32,000 bases of DNA from an uncultured bacterium. GTDB taxonomy: Bacteria > Auribacterota > JACPWU01. The notes under the pieces were generated by a model. That model searched no databases, had not been told where the DNA came from, and saw only the letters and a list, made by a program, of their open reading frames with translations. This document shows, in pieces, positions 16,679 through 26,828 of this stretch (positions are counted from its first letter, which is position 1; every line of letters begins with the position of its first letter). Position numbers and translations under genes: made by a program. Location of the stretch: positions 171,256 through 203,255 of the forward strand of contig CAZXEQ010000001.1 in NCBI GenBank assembly GCA_964640155.1. The letters run 5' to 3'.

Positions 16679-17804
16679 GAACCGCTGGCACACTGGAGAT
16701 TTCCAAGAGTGTTTTTGCAATATCTGCTGCAGCTTGAGGTTTTCTGAGCATATCAATGTGCCGACGAATCTCGTGTAAGCGATCTGGATTTCCTAAAAGT
16801 TCTTCAACTACTTGTGGAATTTCATCGGCGTGATTCACTTTCAAAGCTATTTTATTTTCAACCAGAAATTCTGTATTTTTAGATTCCTGCCCAGGCAAAG
16901 GCTTAAAAATAATCATGGGAAGTTTCTTTACCAAAGCTTCTGAACTGGTCAATCCTCCTGGCTTACTAATTAAAAGATCTGATATTTCCATTAAAGAATT
17001 AATATCATTAACATATCCATAAACGCTAAGAGGAATACGACATTTTTCACGTAGAGTTTCCAGCTTATTTTGTAAAGAACGATTGCGCCCTGCTACTGCA
17101 ATCACATGAATAGGCTTACGAACTTCCTGCAAAGCTCTCACAATCTCACGAATAGGGAGCAACCCCTGTCCTCCACCCATAATTAAAATTACAGAGTGAT
17201 CTTTTGGGATGCCATAGGTCTCTTTAAGAAAATCTTTATCCTGAGACTGATTAAACATCGGATCTACGGGAATACCTAGAACCTTTACTTTTTCTGCAGG
17301 AATTCCTTCTTCCAAAAGACGGTTTTGAGTTGTTTTTGTGGGAACAACAAATAAGTCTACTTGATTCAAAATCCAGTAAGAATGCACAACATAATCTGTA
17401 ATCACTGCAACCAGAGGAAAAGACAAATGATTTTCCTCTCGATATGCTGAAAGTACTCCACAAGGGTAAGCTTGTGTACAAATGACAACATCGGGTTTAA
17501 ATTCAGAAGTGAGTTGAAGCAAACGAGAAGAGTTTAAACGATAAGCAAAATCTTTAAATTTTGAAAGTTTCTCTTTGACTTGAGAATTATCATAAAGATA
17601 TTCCCATAGCTCAGGGGTGTTTTTGACAACACCCATATAGGTTTTGATCACGAATTTTTCTAGAATAGGACTAATATAATTCAGAGCATTCACATTCAAA
17701 ATTTCGATTTCTGGATCTTCTCGCCGCAAAGCATTTTCAATAGATTTTGCAGCAATATGATGTCCCGAATTAACAGAAATATACAGAATGAGAACCCGCT
17801 TCAA
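16671..17804 (-). CDS. MGDG-synthase-like / UgtP-like diacylglycerol glycosyltransferase (GT28)
   Basis: 377 aa. N-terminal ILYISVNSGHHIAAKSIENAL typical of the MGDG_synth domain, plus C-terminal GT-B domain (ISKPGGLTSSEAL). TTG start forms a TTGA overlap with the upstream small ORF. Confidence 0.85.
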   Translation of the reverse strand: MKRVLILYISVNSGHHIAAKSIENALRREDPEIEILNVNALNYISPILEKFVIKTYMGVVKNTPELWEYLYDNSQVKEKLSKFKDFAYRLNSSRLLQLTSEFKPDVVICTQAYPCGVLSAYREENHLSFPLVAVITDYVVHSYWILNQVDLFVVPTKTTQNRLLEEGIPAEKVKVLGIPVDPMFNQSQDKDFLKETYGIPKDHSVILIMGGGQGLLPIREIVRALQEVRKPIHVIAVAGRNRSLQNKLETLREKCRIPLSVYGYVNDINSLMEISDLLISKPGGLTSSEALVKKLPMIIFKPLPGQESKNTEFLVENKIALKVNHADEIPQVVEELLGNPDRLHEIRRHIDMLRKPQAAADIAKTLLEISSVPAVHA

Positions 17805-18079
17805 AAAGAATCCTCCACTTCTTCCTCTTGATTTTCTTTTTTAACATTTTCTTCAATTAAAGCAAGAACATCTCCGACTCGAACTTCTTCTGACTCATCA
17901 AAACAAATTTCACTTACAATGCCCGAAACAGGAGAAGAAATAACAAAATTTTTACCGTTAATACTTAAGCGAACCAAATTTTTTCCTTCTTCTACTTCAT
18001 CCCCTTCTTCTACATGCCACAAAAAAACGGTTGCAACTTTGTTATCAAGAGGCAATTTATCCAAAAGAACTTCTTTCAT
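17801..18079 (-). CDS. Stand-alone biotinyl/lipoyl-domain-like protein with acidic tail
   Basis: 92 aa. ATVFLWHVEEGDEVEEGKNLVRLSINGKNFVISSPVSGIVSEICFDESEEVRVGDVLALIEE aligns motif-for-motif with E2 lipoyl domains, with Lys43 at the modified-lysine position. Confidence 0.7.
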   Translation of the reverse strand: MKEVLLDKLPLDNKVATVFLWHVEEGDEVEEGKNLVRLSINGKNFVISSPVSGIVSEICFDESEEVRVGDVLALIEENVKKENQEEEVEDSF

Positions 18080-18109
18080 TTTAAATACCTCTTTTAAAAT
18101 CAGTATTTT

Positions 18110-19804
18110 CTACATCGCTTCCGGTGCACTTACTCCCAGCAAGCTCAATCCATTTTTCAAAACAATTTGAACAGATTTAATCAAAGCCAAACGTCCTCTT
18201 GAACGTTCTAAATCTTCACTAACCACACGATGATGGGTATAAAAATGATGAAAAGATTGCGCAACCTTCAGAAGATATTCGGTAAGTCCATACGGATCTA
18301 AATGCTCAGCACAATTTTCTAAGACTTCTTGAAAGAGACCTAAAAGCTTAACTAAGTCCACTTCTTCAGGTTCAAACTTTTCTATCCAAGAAAGGTCTTT
18401 CTCACTGATGCTTTCAACCTTTCCTCCCTCTTCCCAATATTTCTCAAAAATGCTCGAAATACGTGCATGTGCATATTGAATATAATAAACAGGATTATCG
18501 GGAGATTGCTTCTTGGCTAATTCCAAATCAAAATCAAGATGACTGTCCGTTCGACGCATGAGAAAGAAAAAACGGCCCGCATCTTTCCCTACTTCGTCAA
18601 GGATTTGCCTAAGAGTCACAAATTCCCCTCGTCGAGTAGACATCGAAAGCTTTATTTTTCCCTCATAAAGCGTTGCTAGTTGAAGAATGATAACACTCAA
18701 TTGATTAGGATCAAAACCAAGCGCTGACAAAGCCGCTTTCATTCTTGGAATATAACCATGATGATCGGGGCCCCAAATATCGATCAAGCGATTGAATCCT
18801 CGTTTTAATTTATCTTCGTGATAGGCTGCATCTGGACTGATATAAGTCATTTCACCTGTATTTTTAATCAACACACGATCTTTATCATCTCCAAAATCTG
18901 TGGATCGAAACCATAAAGCTCCATCTTTTTCATAAAGATAGCCTTTACTTTTCAGCTTCCCTAAACAAGCTTCCACTTTACCCGTCGCTACAAATTCTTT
19001 CTCACTAAAATAGTGATCAAACGAAACGTCAAAATCATTGAGGTCTTTACGGATATCTTCCATAATGCGATCACCCGTATATTTTGAAAAGAATGCAATC
19101 GCATCTTCTTCTTTCTCATTCAAAAAACGCATCGAATGTTTTTCAATGACTTCTTGCGCCAAGGTTCGAATGTAATCGCCTTGATAAAAATCTTCTGGGA
19201 ATTGGATTTGCTTACCTAAAATCTCCTGATATCTCAAAAAAGTGGAATGACCCAAGATATTCATCTGACGACCACGATCATTGAGATAATATTCTTTAGA
19301 TACGTCATAACCGACATTTTTCATAATGCGAGCTAACGTATCTCCAACGGCCGCTTGCCTGCCATGAGCTAAAGTTAAAGGACCTGTGGGATTAGCACTG
19401 ACAAACTCAATCAACACTTTCTCTTTTTTTCCAAAATTGGAACAACCATAATGTTCATGATGTTTAAGAATATCTTTTAAAACAGCAGCAAGAGGATCTC
19501 TCCCAAGAAAAAAATTAATGAACCCTGGACCTCCTACTTGAACACTTTCAAAGGGAACAGGAGAAGTATTTTTTTGTTGAGTTAGAATTTGTACAAGAGT
19601 CTTTGCCAGCTCAGGAGCAGGTTTGCCCACCTGTCGAGACAAGAGAAGCGCAATATTGGTAGTTACGTCTCCAAACTTCACATCTTTGGTAGCTTCTACA
19701 CGTATCTCAGGCAAGGTTTCAAAAGAAATACTTCCAGACTTTTTCAAATCCTCTAAAGTTTTTTGAACAACGCCTGCAATAGAATCACGAATCCATTTAT
19801 TCAA
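18110..19804 (-). CDS. argS: Arginine--tRNA ligase
   Basis: 564 aa. SANPTGPL..H, IWGPDHHGYIPRMKAAL, MSTRRGEFVTL and YIQYAHARISSI motifs. TTG start at 19804. Confidence 0.95.
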   Translation of the reverse strand: MNKWIRDSIAGVVQKTLEDLKKSGSISFETLPEIRVEATKDVKFGDVTTNIALLLSRQVGKPAPELAKTLVQILTQQKNTSPVPFESVQVGGPGFINFFLGRDPLAAVLKDILKHHEHYGCSNFGKKEKVLIEFVSANPTGPLTLAHGRQAAVGDTLARIMKNVGYDVSKEYYLNDRGRQMNILGHSTFLRYQEILGKQIQFPEDFYQGDYIRTLAQEVIEKHSMRFLNEKEEDAIAFFSKYTGDRIMEDIRKDLNDFDVSFDHYFSEKEFVATGKVEACLGKLKSKGYLYEKDGALWFRSTDFGDDKDRVLIKNTGEMTYISPDAAYHEDKLKRGFNRLIDIWGPDHHGYIPRMKAALSALGFDPNQLSVIILQLATLYEGKIKLSMSTRRGEFVTLRQILDEVGKDAGRFFFLMRRTDSHLDFDLELAKKQSPDNPVYYIQYAHARISSIFEKYWEEGGKVESISEKDLSWIEKFEPEEVDLVKLLGLFQEVLENCAEHLDPYGLTEYLLKVAQSFHHFYTHHRVVSEDLERSRGRLALIKSVQIVLKNGLSLLGVSAPEAM

Positions 19805-19819
19805 TGATAAATATCCTTT

Positions 19820-20146
19820 TTACCAAGAAGTAGAGCCTGTCCCAAGTTTTTGTTCGGGAATGGGTGACTGGGGGCTAAAATCAACTATTTCAGCATCTCC
19901 CCATAAAGTCTCAAGCTTATAATATTCGCGAGTGGGTTCATCAAAAATATGAACCATCACATCAAAATAATCTAAAACAATCCATCGAAAGTCAGAGTCT
20001 GATTCCCGATGAAAACAGGTCATACCTTTTTCTTTCAATTTAAATTGAATCTCATCTGCAATGGCACGAACATGTTTATCAATTTTGCCCGAACAAAGAA
20101 CAAAATAGGAAACAGCTGTTGAAATTTCGTGCACATCTAATACCAA
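19820..20146 (-). CDS. rsfS: Ribosomal silencing factor RsfS (iojap family); true start may lie upstream at 20212
   Basis: VLDV...SYFVLCSG...HVRAIADEI...WIVLDYFDVMVHIF...REYYKLETLW motifs. TTG 20146 has GGTGA 7 nt upstream, but homology continues upstream to an ATT at 20212. Confidence 0.85.
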   Translation of the reverse strand: MVLDVHEISTAVSYFVLCSGKIDKHVRAIADEIQFKLKEKGMTCFHRESDSDFRWIVLDYFDVMVHIFDEPTREYYKLETLWGDAEIVDFSPQSPIPEQKLGTGSTSW

Positions 20147-20245
20147 AATATTTTCACCTTTTTTGGAATCAGCAATTTCTGCACTTAAAAGAGCTAAATC
20201 TTTGGGTTTAATATGTCCTCCTTCGAAAAAATCATTCCACTTAAA

Positions 20246-20878
20246 TTAATTTTTAACGCTCGCGACCTTATTACTTTGATATAAACTTTCTTGCTGAATC
20301 ACATTTAGAACTTTATCTGGTAAAAGATACCTCACCGAGAGACCTCTGGCAACTCTCTTTCTAATCTCACTTGCAGAAATTCCAATAGGCAACATCTCAA
20401 TCAAATGTTGAGTCAAGGCACTCACCGTTTGAGGCGGTAAATGCAAAGATTTTTCATCTTTTTCACGAAGAGAAAAGTTAGGTCGATTCAAAAAAGCAAA
20501 TTGACATAACTCCACCAGTTCCTCTATTCGATGCCACCCATGCATTTCAAACAGCGTATCTCCTCCTGCAATAAAGAAAAATAAATCTTCAGGAAATTTC
20601 TTAATAAAATATTCTACCGTATCAATGGTATAAGAAGGCGCTGGTCGATCCAATTCAAAACTTGAAACTTCAAAAAAGGTATTACCCTCAATCGCACACT
20701 CCAACATCTTTAATCTTTGAACCCCTGGTGTCACATTAACAAAGCGTTTATGTGGAGAACAAGCACTTGGAATAAAAATAACTTTTGCCAACCCTAATCT
20801 CTGCCTTGCTTCCTCAGCTAAAATGAGATGTCCATAATGTACCGGATCAAATGTACCACCGAATAGACCTATTTTCAT
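20246..20878 (-). CDS. nadD: Nicotinate-nucleotide adenylyltransferase
   Basis: GLFGGTFDPVHYGHL (HxGH) and ISASEIRKR (ISSTxxR-like) motifs. 210 aa. Confidence 0.93.
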   Translation of the reverse strand: MKIGLFGGTFDPVHYGHLILAEEARQRLGLAKVIFIPSACSPHKRFVNVTPGVQRLKMLECAIEGNTFFEVSSFELDRPAPSYTIDTVEYFIKKFPEDLFFFIAGGDTLFEMHGWHRIEELVELCQFAFLNRPNFSLREKDEKSLHLPPQTVSALTQHLIEMLPIGISASEIRKRVARGLSVRYLLPDKVLNVIQQESLYQSNKVASVKN

Positions 20879-20898
20879 AAAAAGAAACTACTGCCTTT

Positions 20899-22155
20899 CT
20901 ATTTTCTTAACTGTCCATTTCCTCTAACAAGATATTTATAACTCGTAAGCTCTTTCAACCCCATCGGGCCACGCGCATGGATTTTATCTGTACTAATACC
21001 AATCTCTGCTCCAAAACCAAATTCATATCCATCTGTAAAACGAGTTGAAACATTATGATAAACACAAGCTGCATCCACTTCATTCAAAAAAGTTTCTGCA
21101 TGCTTTTTATTTTCCGTCACAATGGTATCTGAATGCATGGACCCATAATGATTAATATGATGAATAGCTTCTTGAAGGTCTTTTACAATTTTCACGGACA
21201 AAATCATATCCAAATATTCTGTGGTCCAGTCTTCTTCAGTTGCTCGCTTAAGATCGGGAACAATCTTACATGTTTGAGCACAACCCCGTATTTCAACATT
21301 TTGTTTTCTTAATACATCAATCATATGAGGTAAAAATATCTTCTTTAATTTTTCATGAATCAAAAGGGTTTCTGCTGCATTACAAGTCGCAGGTCTTTGA
21401 GTCTTAGCATTAATCGAAATGGCTTCAGCCATTTTCAAATCAGCTGAATCATCGATAAAAACGTGACAGACTCCTTTGTAATGCTTAATCACAGGAATCA
21501 AAGACTCTTCGGCAACAGCTCGAATTAAACTCTCCCCTCCTCGAGGGATCACCAAATCAATATATTGACTTAATTTCAAAAGCTCTCGAACTGCTTCTCT
21601 ATCGGTTGTTTCAATCACTTGGATTGCTGCACCAGAAATATTACTTTTCAAAAGTGCTTGTGTAAGAACACGCGCCAATACCTTATTAGTATAAATAGCT
21701 TCGGAACCTCCACGCAAAATAACAGCATTACCTGATTTAAAACAAAGAGCCGCTGCATCGACAGTCACATTAGGACGCGATTCATAAATAATGGCAATAA
21801 CACCGATCGGGACACGAACTTTTTGAATCTGCATTCCATTGGGTCTATCCCATGATTCAAGTTCTTCACCGACAGGATCCTCAAGCGCAGCTACTTTTCT
21901 TAACCCATCACTCATCAATCGAACACGTTTTGCATCTAATTTCAACCTATCTAAAAGAGCCCCCGAGAGTCCTTTTTTCTTTCCTTCTTCCAAATCTTTT
22001 TCATTTTCCATTCGAATTTGATCAAAAGATTCATCTATCAAATCTGCCATCATAAGCAAGCAGCGATTTTTATCTTCAGCTTTTAACTGAGATAAAACGC
22101 GTGAGGATTCTTTTGCTTTTTGCCCAACCGTTTCAATATAAGATTTGATATCCAT
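20899..22155 (-). CDS. proA: Gamma-glutamyl phosphate reductase
   Basis: 418 aa. IYESRPNVTVDAAALCFKSGNAVILRGGSEA and catalytic-Cys motif PATCNAAETLLIHE. Confidence 0.95.
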   Translation of the reverse strand: MDIKSYIETVGQKAKESSRVLSQLKAEDKNRCLLMMADLIDESFDQIRMENEKDLEEGKKKGLSGALLDRLKLDAKRVRLMSDGLRKVAALEDPVGEELESWDRPNGMQIQKVRVPIGVIAIIYESRPNVTVDAAALCFKSGNAVILRGGSEAIYTNKVLARVLTQALLKSNISGAAIQVIETTDREAVRELLKLSQYIDLVIPRGGESLIRAVAEESLIPVIKHYKGVCHVFIDDSADLKMAEAISINAKTQRPATCNAAETLLIHEKLKKIFLPHMIDVLRKQNVEIRGCAQTCKIVPDLKRATEEDWTTEYLDMILSVKIVKDLQEAIHHINHYGSMHSDTIVTENKKHAETFLNEVDAACVYHNVSTRFTDGYEFGFGAEIGISTDKIHARGPMGLKELTSYKYLVRGNGQLRK

Positions 22156-22168
22156 GATTTCTCACAAA

Positions 22169-22245
22169 ACAAGCCTTTACAAGCTTCTACAAGTTTTTAT
22201 AGTGCTTTAGCATAGTCTCCGAAGGAGATAGTCCCCATCAGGGGA
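22169..22245. repeat. Three ACAAG motifs phased at exactly 10 bp plus two adjacent short hairpins in the proB-proA spacer
   Basis: ACAAG at 22169, 22179 and 22189. Hairpins TCTCC-GAA-GGAGA (22216-22228) and TCCCC-ATCA-GGGGA (22232-22245). Confidence 0.6.
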
Positions 22246-22260
22246 TAAGAATGATCTTTT

Positions 22261-24332
<2,072 letters not shown>

Positions 24333-24334
24333 TT

Positions 24335-24362
24335 AGTCATCGGTCTTCAGTCACCGGTCTCC
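24335..24362. repeat. Tandem 14-bp direct repeat (2 copies) in the obg 5-prime leader
   Basis: AGTCATCGGTCTTC (24335-24348) followed by AGTCACCGGTCTCC (24349-24362), 12/14 identical. A related GTCTCCAGT recurs at 24401-24409, flanked by duplicated AGTTACAG. Confidence 0.7.
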
Positions 24363-24442
24363 AGTAAAAGATAAAACTTCATACAAAATTTTAAGTTACA
24401 GTCTCCAGTTACAGATTTTAGAAAAAGCTATTTCAAGCAAGT

Positions 24443-24451
24443 ATTATACCA
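24443..24451 (-). promoter_or_regulatory. Candidate extended -10 promoter element upstream of obg
   Basis: Minus strand reads TGGTATAAT (TGnTATAAT), about 115 nt upstream of obg ATG 24329. No good -35 element. Confidence 0.35.
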
Positions 24452-24537
24452 TCAACATTTTAAATAAAAACGAATACCAAGAAAAAGACAGAAAAAGAGT
24501 AAAAACAAAAATTCTCTTGTGAGAAAAATGAAAAATC

Positions 24538-24807
24538 TTAGGAATTGCTTACTGGAAGAGGATGAATGCTGACCCTTTTCTTTTTTGGGTCATTACCTTC
24601 AAAAGCGACAATGCCATCAATACGGGCAAAGAGTGTGTCATCTGAACCAATGCCTACATTCAAACCAGGTTTAAGGCGTGTGCCTCTTTGACGAACCAAG
24701 ACAGAACCACCGGTAACAAATTGACCTGCGTATCTCTTTACACCTAGACGTTGCGCATTACTATCACGTCCGTTTCTTGATGAACCTTGACCTTTTTTAT
24801 GTGCCAT
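24538..24807 (-). CDS. rpmA: 50S ribosomal protein L27
   Basis: [52 protein letters not shown] is canonical L27. Confidence 0.97.
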   Translation of the reverse strand: MAHKKGQGSSRNGRDSNAQRLGVKRYAGQFVTGGSVLVRQRGTRLKPGLNVGIGSDDTLFARIDGIVAFEGNDPKKKRVSIHPLPVSNS

Positions 24808-24850
24808 ACAAAACTCCGTAGATCTGCTTAAGTATATATTCGTTAAAAAA

Positions 24851-25174
24851 CTAAGCTACTTTAACTGACTCTATTTTGACCACACTGTATTTTTGGCGAT
24901 GTCCTACTTTACGACGATAACCTTTTCGTCTTTTATACTTAAAAGCAATAATCTTTTCACCTTTAGTTTCTTTAACTAATTTTCCTAATACCTTTGCTTC
25001 CTTAACGATAGGTGTACCAATTTTTACTTTCCCATCTTGAGAAATCAGAAGAACCTTATCGAAAAGAATCTCCTCGCTAGAAGCCTTAGGTAAAAGCTCT
25101 ATTTCAAGAACGTCTCCTTCTTGAACCTGATACTGTTTGCCACCTGTTTCAATAATTGCGTATGTTAAGCTCAT
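24851..25174 (-). CDS. rplU: 50S ribosomal protein L21
   Basis: [19 protein letters not shown]...[23 protein letters not shown] is canonical L21. Confidence 0.97.
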   Translation of the reverse strand: MSLTYAIIETGGKQYQVQEGDVLEIELLPKASSEEILFDKVLLISQDGKVKIGTPIVKEAKVLGKLVKETKGEKIIAFKYKRRKGYRRKVGHRQKYSVVKIESVKVA

Positions 25175-25197
25175 AAAACCCTCGAAAATTGGCCATC

Positions 25198-25226
25198 ACT
25201 ATAAAAAGTTATCCCTTCATTGTCAA
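25198..25226 (-). promoter_or_regulatory. Sigma70-type promoter for rplU-rpmA
   Basis: Minus strand reads TTGACA (25226-25221), a 17-nt spacer, then TATAGT (25203-25198). GAGGG Shine-Dalgarno before ATG 25174. Confidence 0.6.
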
Positions 25227-25279
25227 GAAAAAGAGTATAAAAAATTTTCCCCCTCATTCAGGATCACAAGATCCCGTTT

Positions 25280-26818
25280 TTAATAAACAATTTTATAATG
25301 ATCGATTTGAATCTCTAAATCCTTCTCAATCTTAATATTTCCCTTTAAGGCTTTTTCAATAGGGATAAGAAGTTGTTTATGTTCTGTCAAAAGCTTCTCA
25401 GCAACCTTAGGATGAAGAATGATTTTGATCATTTCCACTTTTTTCTTAGCAACGATATTTCTTGCTTCACGAATAACTTCAAGAATAATACTGGTCCCTG
25501 ATTTAATGGTTCCCAGACCTGTGCAAACAGGACAGGCTTCGTAAAGTTGTTTGTTGGTACTCTCTTGAACACGTTGGCGAGTCATCTGTACAAGCCCAAT
25601 CTCACTGATAGGAAGAATATTGGTCTTCGCTTTATCTTTACGCAAAGCCATACGCAAACGCTGCAAAACTTTCATTTGATCACGTTTGGATTTCATATCA
25701 ATCAAATCAATGATGACGATACCTCCCACATTACGTAATCTCAATTGTTTGGCCACTTCTTCGACGGCTTCCATATTGGTGTCTAGAATGGTCTCTTCCA
25801 AATCACTTTTACCCACATTCCTTCCAGAGTTCACATCAATGGCCACCAACGCTTCTGTCTGCTCAATGATTAAATAACCTCCTGTTTTGAGCCAAACTTT
25901 GCGATCAAAAATCTTTTTGATTTCTTTCTCAATCCCTAAATGTTCAAAAAGAGGTTCAATTCCTGAGTAAAGCTCAACCTTCGATCTTAATCGGGGAAAT
26001 ACAGCACTCACAAATCTCATAATTTTTCGATACTCATCGCGCGAATCCACAACCAATTTTTCAACCAATTCTGTGAAAGCATCTCGAATGGTTTTTAAAA
26101 CCAAATCATATTCCACATGCAATGCACTTGGAGCGGGATATTCTTTAAACCGATGTTCTATCTTTTTCCATAAACTGATCAAATAGCGAATATCCCTTAA
26201 AAAATACTTCTTATGCATTTGATCACCCACGGTACGAATAATGACTCCCATATTTTCAGGAAGTCGTATCGACCAGAGGATTTCTCGTAAACGAGACCGT
26301 TCAGGCTTATCCATGATTTTGCGCGAAATTCCACGTCTCGGATCATCAGGAAGCATCACCAAATAACGACCTGGAAGACTGATATTGGTAGAAAGTCTCA
26401 CACCCTTGGTTCCAATGGGATCTTTAATAACCTGAACAATCAGTTCTTGCCCAGGTTTTACCAGTTCATCAATAGAAGCTTTTTTGGCAGGACGCTCGGG
26501 TTGTTTATGATGTACATGTGGATGAGGATGAGTTTCATTAACCTCTTCTTCCATTTCTTCATCCAAAATATCTCGATAGGCTTCGGATGGATTCAAAATA
26601 TCTGAAACATGAAGAAATCCATTTTTCTCAAGACCTACATTTACAAATGCAGCTTGAATACCAGGAACAACATTTTCAACAATTCCTTTATAAATACTCC
26701 CCACCAAACGTTTATCTGTTTCTCGCTCAATGCTAAAATCCTCAAGCGTTCCATCATTTAGAAACGCAATTCTTTTTTCTAAACCTTCACTGTTAATAAC
26801 GATTTGTTTTTTTGACAT
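25280..26818 (-). CDS. rng: Ribonuclease G/E family endoribonuclease
   Basis: S1 domain (GSIYKGIVENVVPGIQAAFVNVGLEKNGFLHVSD). Catalytic AIDVNSGR and IVIIDLIDM motifs. ATG 26818 is preceded by GAGGAGA at 6-nt spacing and is preferred over the TTG at 26836. Confidence 0.92.
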   Translation of the reverse strand: MSKKQIVINSEGLEKRIAFLNDGTLEDFSIERETDKRLVGSIYKGIVENVVPGIQAAFVNVGLEKNGFLHVSDILNPSEAYRDILDEEMEEEVNETHPHPHVHHKQPERPAKKASIDELVKPGQELIVQVIKDPIGTKGVRLSTNISLPGRYLVMLPDDPRRGISRKIMDKPERSRLREILWSIRLPENMGVIIRTVGDQMHKKYFLRDIRYLISLWKKIEHRFKEYPAPSALHVEYDLVLKTIRDAFTELVEKLVVDSRDEYRKIMRFVSAVFPRLRSKVELYSGIEPLFEHLGIEKEIKKIFDRKVWLKTGGYLIIEQTEALVAIDVNSGRNVGKSDLEETILDTNMEAVEEVAKQLRLRNVGGIVIIDLIDMKSKRDQMKVLQRLRMALRKDKAKTNILPISEIGLVQMTRQRVQESTNKQLYEACPVCTGLGTIKSGTSIILEVIREARNIVAKKKVEMIKIILHPKVAEKLLTEHKQLLIPIEKALKGNIKIEKDLEIQIDHYKIVY

Positions 26819-26828
26819 TTTTATCTCC

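Noticed and set aside
16679-16756. N-terminal extension of the LpxL-family ORF (start at 16756)
   Set aside because: It would overlap the upstream GT28 gene by 86 nt. In-frame ATGs at 16678 and 16666 flank the upstream stop codon and give a normal N-terminal hydrophobic segment.
24347-24382. 11-codon upstream ORF (MKFYLLLETGD) in the obg leader
   Set aside because: No Shine-Dalgarno is present, the ORF is very short, and its existence follows trivially from the repeat sequence. There is no evidence that it is translated.
25261-25281. Hairpin GGATC-ACAA-GATCC followed by CGTTTTT as a terminator after rng
   Set aside because: The T-run follows the hairpin only on the + strand, where no gene ends. 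On the transcribed minus strand the stem is only 5 bp and is not followed directly by a U-tract. It is at best a weak element.
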